Source: the human T2T-CHM13v2.0 reference genome, Homo sapiens. Taken from it: DNA of 64,000 nt. The DNA is taken from the NCBI RefSeq assembly GCF_009914755.1, contig NC_060931.1; one strand, written 5' to 3'. A program made the position numbers and the translations under genes. This document shows, piece by piece, positions 52,280-64,000 of the stretch; the first letter of the stretch is position 1; each line of letters begins with the position of its first letter. The notes under the pieces were generated by a model, which saw nothing but the letters and a program-made list of their open reading frames with translations, ran no database searches and was not told the DNA's origin.

Positions 52280-52675
52280 AGATGGCAGTGGCAACTCAAA
52301 TATCCACAGGCCCAGTGGGTTACACTAACAAATGAAGTGGGCCTGGTGTGAGACTTCGGGGAGGGGTGGGGCCTGAGGAAACTGGCGAGCCCACGCGCAG
52401 TCTGAAGGGGCTGGCTGCGCGCCCCTCAGCTCCAGCCACTGTTGTCATGAGGGATTTGGGTCCAGAGCTTCTGATTTTCCAGGAGAAGGTACAAATCTAG
52501 GTTTATGTGAGATTTCATGAAAAACAACAACAACAGCAAAAAAACCTTGACTTTTAAATGTTGGCAATAAATTTTGTAAAAATGTCGAAAACATTCTGAG
52601 AGCCAAATGACACCCGCTTGTGGGTTGGACTCAGCCCACGAAGTCAAGCTGAGGCAAACAGTTTGTGCTCTCTGA
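52280..52675 (-). mobile_element. MER102 (hAT-Charlie)
   Basis: ctcagctccagcc...ctgattttccaggagaagg...tttaaatgttggcaa. Confidence 0.75.
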
Positions 52676-52809
52676 TGCAAACAGGTGCACTATAAAATAG
52701 CCAACAAATGCGGGCTGAACACCTACCCTGAGCTCCTTCTACTGTTCCAGGCCCCAGGAAACAGCCAGGAACAAGGTGGAAACATGCCTGCCCTCATGTC
52801 TCTTTCAAC

Positions 52810-53209
52810 CAGTGGGATTGCTGGCACCAGCTCCTACTGGCTCAGGAATTCTGCAGGCTAGTTTTCACACACAGCTGTCACTAAGAATTAAATTGCACGA
52901 ACTTCCAGTTAAATAAGTTAAAACAAAAACAAAGGTAACAACTGCTCACAGATCACCACTTTCTCACCATTTCACTGTTCTCTGTGTTCTTGAAGTGATT
53001 GATGTCTGTTGTGTCACATTATATCATATACCATATCCCATGGTGGAAATAGTATATAACATGGTCTTCCCAATGCCATGCTCAGTAAGTCACACTGGTA
53101 GCTCCAAATGGATCATGGTGGGAGTATTAACACCACACAAATGAATACGTGTAAAAATCAGGGCTCCCCCTTGTTGAGAAGGCGTCATTAAACATTTAGC
53201 AGTAAACCA
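52810..53209 (+). mobile_element. MER63 (hAT-Blackjack)
   Basis: cagtggg...gctggcaccagctc and catggtgggagtattaacaccac...taaacatttagcag. Confidence 0.75.
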
Positions 53210-53210
53210 G

Positions 53211-55260
<2,050 letters not shown>

Positions 55261-58036
55261 CAGGGCACTGGGTTGAATTGTAAAGAGGTGCAGGCCAGGA
55301 GGGCACTTTACCAAGGAAACACTGCAATGACTTTGTGCCTTGAGATGCCCGGGCATGCGAGCCTCTGCCCTCCCCTGCCCACCGGGCCCCCCTCATCCAC
55401 CCCAGCATACACAGCATAGTGCCCTCCAAGTCAGCCCAGAGCCTTTGCCAACCCAGCCAGTTTCTTGCAGAATCCTCGCGGGTGAACTAGGAAAACAAAA
55501 TAACCCCAACGGCAGGAAGAAGGGTCAAGGGAATATTCAGGAATGTTGGTGTCTGGATTTCCATCGGCAGTAAGTTTCCATCAACAGGAAGGCCCAGGAT
55601 GTTACCTCCTGGGACAGGGTGTGACTGAGGGGCGCATGACATGGCGTGGACTCAGGTATTGACGGGGTCTTTGTAACCAGTCCTCTTGGGAGGGAAATGG
55701 GGGAGTGAGGCACAGCTCTGCAGCCTGGCCCTGTCCTGTCTTAGGGCCTGAGTTCAAAGGCAGCTTTTTCTGCCACACATCTGCTGGGTGATATCGGGCA
55801 AATCATTCCTCTTTGTGAACCTCAGAGTTCTTATCTGTGTTTTCCCATCTGTAAAAGGGAATAATAATGGCACCTATAAGTGCATCATTCACCTTCCTCC
55901 AGGAATTGTTGGGGGGTGAAGTGAGATTTTTTAAAATGTCAGTAATTTAGCCCACTGCCTCACACCTGCTAAACTCCCAATAAATGCCAGCTGTCAATCA
56001 TTATTTGCAAAGTTATTATTCATTATTGAGTACTTACTGTATGCCAGGCTTTGCGCTGTGGGGGCTATCTAATTCAAGCTTCATTCCCTCCCCGTGTGTA
56101 AGGACTGTTATTATTTTACAGGAAGGGAAACGGAGCCTCCAGGAGTTGGCCTGGCTTGCCCATGGTAAAGTTGCTAGTAGGGGACACAGCAGGGGTTTGA
56201 ACCCAAGTCTAACCTCGAAACCTGCTGTCATACTCATTCTGTGTTCTGCATGCCTATGAATTAATCGGGCTCCAGAATTTCGGGAAATAGTAGTAGTCTG
56301 TGTGACCCCCCCAGATCTATCCACACCCGTGGTGAACCTTGCTCTTCCTGGAGCCAGCCAGCTCAGGCTACACCCTTGACCTGGGGTGTAGCAGATGGTT
56401 GCTGTTCCAAAGCAGCCAAGGGCCTGGAGAAGCAGAACCACCCTGGTCCAGTCTGGGGCCTTCCTCTTGAATCAGGAGTCCAGCTGAGCACCCGTGTCCC
56501 ATCAATAAACGTGCCCAAAAATAGCTTGCTGGGCCCCACCAGGGCAGGAGGACCAGGACATCCTGTTCCTGCAGGCTCTGGCCAGTGACTGTGTACTTGG
56601 CCTTCCCGGTCAGAGGCTGCTGGAAGGGAGGGCAGAGCTCACCCTGCCTGGGGCCTTGTGGGAGTGAGCTGTGCCCCTGGGCACCAACACTCCCCACCTC
56701 AGACATTGTGGAGCTTCTCAAATGTGCTGCTGGCAAGGCAGATGACTGTATGTGGAGCTGGGCCAACATCTTAGTAGACAGGCTCCCAGAGAGAGAAGGA
56801 GCAGAGGCTCTGGAGTCTGACAGGTGTGGGTTCGAATCCCGGCTTGGATATTTCATAGCTGTGTGACCTTTAGGCAAGTCCTTCTCTCTGAGCCTTGGTT
56901 TTTCTCACCTGAAAAATGGGGGGAAACCTCTCATAAGGTTATTGTTGTGATTCAGGGAGTTTATGGGTACAAGGAATAGTTTGTAGACTTTGCCAGTTTC
57001 TTTATGATTGTCTCTACTCCCCACCCCCAAGATGTTAATCCCAGCAGGAAGTGCAAGGACCTTTGTCTGTTATTTCCGAGGAACTCCAATGCACACAGGA
57101 TACATTCCGGCTACTTGCAGAATGAATAAACGAATGAATATAAGTGTCAAGCACGTAGCAAGTGCTCAGAAACTCTCAGCAATTCCTATCATTAATGTGC
57201 TTGAAAAAGAGAAACTTGGCATTGAGTGTGACTGACAAATGGTATTGGTGAAGATGAGGAAGGAGCTCAAGGGAGCAGGGGAAGGACACGTGTCATACAC
57301 AAAAGGTCAGGAGGGACATGGAGGGCGAACACCAGGCAGAGGGCTAAGCTGCCGGAAGCTGGGAACCCCAGGGAGTGTGGATGCCGGTCTGGATTCCGGA
57401 TCTGGGATGGCGGACATGAAATTTCTTGGGAAGACATCCCTCCCCACAGGCAGGGGGCGTCCTCACTGGTCTCGCATAGGTCATCCCCATGAACTTGTGG
57501 GAGCTCCATGGCTTCTACATCTGAGGAGCTGATTGGAAGGGGAGGTGGCATGCAGGCTGACAACTCGATGCTTCGTATTCATAATAATCACAGCAACAAG
57601 ACCGACTCTCACCGATGCAGCCCCTCCTGATGCCAGGCACTGACCTTTGCACATATTGATGCATCGAATCCTCAGAACCACCCCAGGAGGTGGCTGCTAT
57701 CCTTATTCCCATTTTATAGATGCGGACACCGAGGCTCAGAAAAGCGGTGAAGGTTGCCCAAGGTCACACAGTGAGTGGTTGAGCCCGGGCTGACCTCTTG
57801 ACATTTCCACTCTCTCCAGCACTCCAGCCACCTGTGACCACATCCACCTCTCCAAGCACACGGGCTCCTTCTCACCAGGGCCTTCCTGGTTGGATCCTCT
57901 TTGCAGCACTCAGCCCAGCCGTTCGAGGATGCCAGCATCAGCTTCCTTGGGCTTCTCCTCAGACGGCCCCATCTCACGGAGCTTCCCCTGACCTCCCCCT
58001 GCCCCCATGCCCCTGCTGTCCCTCACTGGGCTGTGA

Positions 58037-58347
<311 letters not shown>

Positions 58348-58802
58348 CTGTCTCCACAATCTTAAGCACAGGGGAGGGGTCTGCATTTTTTCTGGAACCA
58401 GGTGTCCAGCAGAGAGTGGGCACTGCTGGAAACTGTTTTGCAAAATAAACACACTCATGGTTACAACTGTGTACCAGGAGGAGCCACGACCCTCAGATCT
58501 TTGGGGTCCAGGATTGTACCTAACATAGGCAGTGTGTGGAGGGCAGGCCATGATCACTGAGTCTCTGGCCACTCCCTGGGGCCCTGAGTGTTCTTCCCTG
58601 GTCTGCTCACACATGGAGGCAGCATGGCCCCATTGTTAGCATCCAGGCTCCAAGACCCAACCATGTAGGTTCAAATCACAGCTAGTGACCAGCCTACCAG
58701 GGGATCCTGGGCAAGTGACTTAATCCCCTGGGCCTCAGTTTACCTATCAGAAAAATAGGGAAGTGATAGGATTGTTGTGAGCATTAGATGGATTTTTGAA
58801 GT

Positions 58803-59423
58803 TATTATTTATTTATTTTAGAAACCAGAGTCTCACTCTGTCACCCCGGTTGGAGTGCAGTGGCTTGATCATAGCTCATTGCAGCCTCCCAACTCCTCGG
58901 CTCAAGTGATCTGCCTGCCTTAGCCTCCCGAAAAGCTGGGACTACAGGTGCACACCACCATGCCTGGCTGATTTTTAATTTTTTTGTAGAGATGAGGTCT
59001 CACTCTGTTGCTCAGTCAGGTCTCAAACTCCTAGTCTTAGGTGATCTTTCTTCCTCAGCCTCCCAAGGTGCTGGAATTACAGGCGTGAGCCACTGCATCT
59101 GGCCTAAATAATTTTTGTGTGTGTGTGTGGTTTATTTTTGAGACTGGGTGTCACTCACTCTGTCACCTAGGCTGGAGTGCAGTGGTGAGATCTCAGCTTA
59201 CTGCAGCCTTAACCTCCAGGGCTCAAGCAATCCTCCCATCTCCACCTCCTGAGTAGCTGGGACTACAGGTACATGCCACCACACATGGCAAATGTTTTAT
59301 TTTTTGTAGGGATGGGGGTGTCTCGCTATGTTGCTGGGGTTGGTGTTGAACTCTTGGCCTCAAGAGATTCTCCCACTTTGCCTCCTAAAGCACTGGGATG
59401 AGTGTGAGCCACTGCACCTGGTC
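58803..59423 (-). mobile_element. Two tandem AluJ elements inside a MIR
   Basis: Reverse AluJ dimers at 58803-59104 and 59112-59423. Confidence 0.9.
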
Positions 59424-59859
59424 TAAATGAGTGTAATGCCTAGTCAATATCTGGCTCTTGCCAAGTGCTTCATCAGTGCTAGTGGATATTATTGTTTTAA
59501 TCATTACTGTTATTGTTAGGCAAGGCAGATTATGTAGGATCCTAAGTAGGAAGTTTCATCTTTATCTTGGGCAGCAGTGGGCAGATTCAAAAGCCTGCTC
59601 TCAGTTGGTTTCAATAACAGCAAGAGAAGTGAGAGGAAGTAGGAGGGCGATGCTAACTGTGGTGGCGTCTAGCGCGTAAGTGGTCAGGGCTCTGCCCCAC
59701 AGCTCACCTGTGCCAATGACTTCACTCCCACACACAGCCCCCATCTAACAGAGGTCTCTGATTACCCCCTTTTCAGATGGGAAAGCACAGGCTCAGCACT
59801 ATGTCACCTGCCCCAGGGCACACAGCCAAGGAGTGGCCAAGCCTGGGTTCAAACCCTGG

Positions 59860-60297
59860 GATGTTTCCTATTGCTGCTGTAACACATTATACCAAACTTC
59901 AAATCAAGCACATTCATGACCTTACTGTTCTGAAAGTCAGAAAGCCAAAGTGGGTCTTGCAAGGGGAAAATCAAGGTGCGGGGCAGTATGGGTTCCTTCT
60001 GGAGGCTTCAGGGGAGAATCCATGCTTGTCTTGAGGCCAATGGCACTTGCTGGCTTGCACCGCTCCCACCTCTGCTCCCACCATCACGTCTCTGGGCCCA
60101 ACCCTCCCATCTCCCTCTCATAAGTCCCCTGGTGACTGCCTTGGGCCCACTGGATAAGCCAGGCTCATCTTTCCATCTCAAGACCCTGAATTGAATCACA
60201 CCTACAAAGTCCCTTTGCCATGTAAGGTCACGTATTCACAGGCTCCAGGGATTAGGACACGGGCACCTTTGGGGGGCCATTATTCTGTCTACTGCAC
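59860..60297 (-). mobile_element. MLT1 LTR (MLT1C/D-like)
   Basis: tttcctattgctgctgtaaca...ccatgtaaggtcacgtattcacagg...ccattattctgtctac. Confidence 0.85.
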
Positions 60298-60549
60298 ACC
60301 TAGAGTCTGGCTCCAACCCTGCCTTTTTGGCTTTCCTTGGGAGTGCCTCAGGCTGAGGGCGAACAGAGGAGGCCCTGCACAGTGGCGGGAGAGTGGGTGG
60401 CCTGGTCTCCAGGCAGACCTGGTCCTTTATGTGAGAAGGCTGCAAGGCTGGGAGAGTAGGCCCAGGGGTGAGTGAGGACCACTAGGTCAGAGCAAGGGGA
60501 CTAAAGAGACCTAGGACGAAGCTCCTGCTGACCAGGGCCAGAAAAAAGC

Positions 60550-60780
60550 AGGCCTGGTGGCCAGAGAGGCCAACTTTCCAAAAGAAGCTGGAAATTCTGG
60601 GTTTTATATGAAATCGCCAATTTTTAAATATTGGCAAATGATTCAAAATGATGAAGGAAACAAGTTATACAGAACCACACAGTGCGGGTCACACAGAACC
60701 ACACAGTGCAGGTCATACGAAACTCGTCTGAAGCCAGACGAGGCCTGCAGGCAGCAAGCTGGTGGCCGTCAGCCTACCAG
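60550..60780 (-). mobile_element. MER102 fragment with a 24-bp tandem duplication
   Basis: gaagctggaaattctgggttttatatgaaatc; duplicated units at 60669-60692 and 60693-60716. Confidence 0.7.
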
Positions 60781-62763
60781 GGAGAGAGGGGAAGGCCAGT
60801 CCCTGCCGAGGGCAGTGAGCATCCGGAACATTCGTGGAAGGGGTCACCTGAGGATTTCCTTGTGCCTGTTCTGCCGGGTGGGGGAAGCCTGGGCAGGTTG
60901 TGTTCAGGAAGGGGACAGCAGGCTTCCCTGAGGGGAAGGCCCAGAGCAAGTAGGGGTGCAGACCAGGCTCAGCTCAGGCCCAGTTCCAGCACTGCCTTCA
61001 GGCAGGCAGGGGGCCGTGAGGCCTCGGGCAAATTACCTGGCCTCTCTGGGCCTCCCTTTGCTCTCAGTGGAGGTTGACTCCACAGAATATCTAGGTTCAT
61101 GCATTCACTGAACAAATACTTGCTCTATGCCTGGCCCTGGGGACTTGGGAATGCGCAAAGCAGAGCAAGCCCCTGCCTCCAGGGTAGGTAGGTGGGGCCT
61201 GGATGTGGAATTGAGCCCGGGCTTCCTAAGGAAGGAGTCAAGAGCTGTCAGTTCTTCCCCTGCTGACAACCGCTTCCACAGCCTCATCCTGGAAGTAGTT
61301 GTGGTTCGTGACTTTTGTTCATTCATTGAGCGCCAACTGAATGCCATGTATTCTATCCTCAAAACCTATAGGGTTGGTGTTATTATGACCTCATTTTACA
61401 GGTGGAGAAACTGAGGCTAGGCACACAGGTCACACAGCCAGGAGGAGGCAGGGGTGGGAGGGACCCCTCACCTCTGCCTCTTCTCCCAGGCCCTCTGCCT
61501 TAGCTCTGAGCTATTTAGCAGAGGCCCTGGGGAAGCTCTTAGAGCCATCAGCTAGGGCCTACCTGGGGGGAATGTGGAGGGAATGTATTCTGTGTTTGCT
61601 AAACTTTGTCCTGAATTTACCTTCTCTCGACTTCAAGCAGACCTGGTGCCTCCTCTCAACTTCAAGCCACTGTATGGCCCTTGGTGCCCTTAGAGATTTC
61701 AAGCTGATCCTCTTTCATCTTTCTGGACATGAGGCCTGGGTAATTTTTTTGTCTCTCCTTCTGAGGCCATCCTGGGATCTCTAAGCCATTTTACAATCAT
61801 AGTGTCCAATTGCAAGCACCTGCCATATATGCACCGGGCACCCAATGGGCACAACCTCAGTTAACCTTTAACAATCCCATGAGCCCAGTGCTAGGGCTGA
61901 TGAGAAACTGAAGTTCGACAGGGATGAGTCACTTGCCCAAAGTCACATCACCATAAACTAATGGGTTCAAAGCTACATCATTACCTACGGTGCCATGTAG
62001 CTTCTCTCCACCAACCACTGGGGGATGGGAGGGGTGGTTCTGCTCTGCACCAAGAACTTCACCTGCCTTCTGCTTAATTCATTGCCAGGAAAAATCCCTG
62101 AGCATTTCATTTTCCCACAAGTCCCCAGTGTGGGGGCTTCTTCCTGGGATCGGGGGACTGGGTTTCTAATGTATTCGGAAAACGCTTTCCAAGGCCCTTT
62201 TCTCATCTCCAAACCCACCCGATTGTTTTGCGTGGGGTTCCACAGTGGGGAATTTCTCTCCATCTTTTCCCCCGTGGTTGGGAAGATGAGAAGAGAATTA
62301 ACAGTGTGCGCTGACAGCGGGGTGCAGGGGAGGGCTTTGGAGTCCCGGATTCCAAATGCCAAGGGAAGGCCTGGTCAGGAGGGTGGAGTTGCCCAATTAG
62401 AACTTGGCTGGTTCTTATCAGCTCTGGAGCTCTGTGCCGGGCAGGCGCTGGAATCAAAGGAGGTCAGGGCTGTTTATTTACTTTCTCCCCTCCTTTTTGG
62501 CAAAAGGAGATCAAAGGTAAAAGTAAATCCTCTGCTCTGCACCTCTCCTCCCACCGTTTCTTCCTTTTTCTTTCCTCCCTTAGAAGCCTGAGAACTAAAA
62601 GCCGTAGATGTGAAGGGAGGGTTTTTGTCATCACCACTGTTTCCCTGGCACTGACTCTGCACTGGGCCCTGGGCTAAGAATTTTGCAGAATGGCACAAAT
62701 CGCTGCAACTAACATGACGTGTGACAGCTCTTATTATCCCCATGTGGCAGAGGAGAAAACTGA

Positions 62764-63318
<555 letters not shown>

Positions 63319-63379
63319 TGAGTCCTTCTGTTGTGCAGTGAGTTCAGAGGTTATGAACGGCCAAGCAAGACACACAGAT

Positions 63380-63990
63380 GATTAAAGGCAGTCAGGTGGG
63401 ATGCCGTAGGGAGTGGTGGAGACTGTGGTGAAGTGGAGAGTCCCTGAGATGCAACTCAGCATCAGTCCATTGCTGCCTTACAAAAATGAGAGCCCAGTGT
63501 GGTCGGGACTTTCGGACAAGCCAGGTGTTTTATGTGAACTCTCTGGATTTGTAGTAGAAGATGGGAGTCCATTTTTATTTTTTGCTGATAGTGGGCTCTG
63601 CTGGGGCCCTGGATTAAATATTCCATTTTCCCAGTGAGTTGAAATATTATCTTTGTCCTGATCCTTCCCACTGTTCTTTTATTTTATACTTTTTTCTTCG
63701 TGAACTCGAAGATTGTTTTATCCAACTAAAACAACCCTGTGTGTCGCTACTTTAAATTGCATTAAGCTTATATATGTTGGCAGAATTATCATCTTAAGGA
63801 TGTGAAATCTTCCCATCCAATTATTCTCATCTTATTTGGTGCCCTTTGGGAGGATTTTTTTAGTTTTCTTCCAAAATATCTTGATTTTTTAAAATAATGC
63901 CAAAATTCCAAGCTCTTTGAACTGCATGGGCCAAGCAACGCCTCCTGGGGGCTGTGTTTGGCCCAGGGGATCCCTGTTGCCCCCTGAGAT
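63380..63990 (-). mobile_element. MER102-family fragments split by an L1M-like segment
   Basis: gggagtggtggagactgtggtg...gttttatgtgaactctctggattt, and a terminus-like segment at about 63860-63990. Confidence 0.55.
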
Positions 63991-64000
63991 TCAGGGCAGC

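Noticed and set aside
55621-55640. CTCF-like gaggggcgc (and caggcagggggcgt at 57447-57460)
   Set aside because: Mismatches at the 5' core positions; much weaker than the site at 16329.
61105-61362. Protein-looking minus-strand ORF and a short tgtcag/ctgaca hairpin
   Set aside because: Both ends lie in L2/MIR-derived sequence, there is no clear splice or start context, and the stem is too short to be meaningful.

Overview
This is primate (catarrhine, probably human) euchromatic DNA dominated by repeats. It holds roughly 60 Alu copies or fragments (J, S and Y types), many MIR and L2 relics, ERV LTRs (MER57, MER41A, MER11, a MER4-group solo LTR, several MLT1), DNA-transposon fossils (MER20, MER47, MER58, MER63, MER91, MER102/Charlie4) and simple repeats. 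Repeat families were named from remembered consensus sequences, not from a database search, and most boundaries are approximate. I see no intact protein-coding gene, RNA gene, CRISPR array or classical CpG island; most ORFs in the track come from Alus, microsatellites or GC-rich background. The most interesting signal is a chain of small plus-strand exon-like segments at about 12.4-22.5 kb. They sit in the few non-repeat islands, follow a CpG-retaining region with a perfect CRE, and become phase-compatible once three point lesions are repaired. This may be a decayed gene for a secreted glycoprotein, but it is an inference and I cannot name a homologue. The repeats also record several rearrangements: filler DNA inside an Alu, an AluSc/AluSx chimera inside one TSD, Alu-bounded deletions of LTRs, and a fold-back at an L1 5' end. 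A near-consensus CTCF site lies at 16329-16347.
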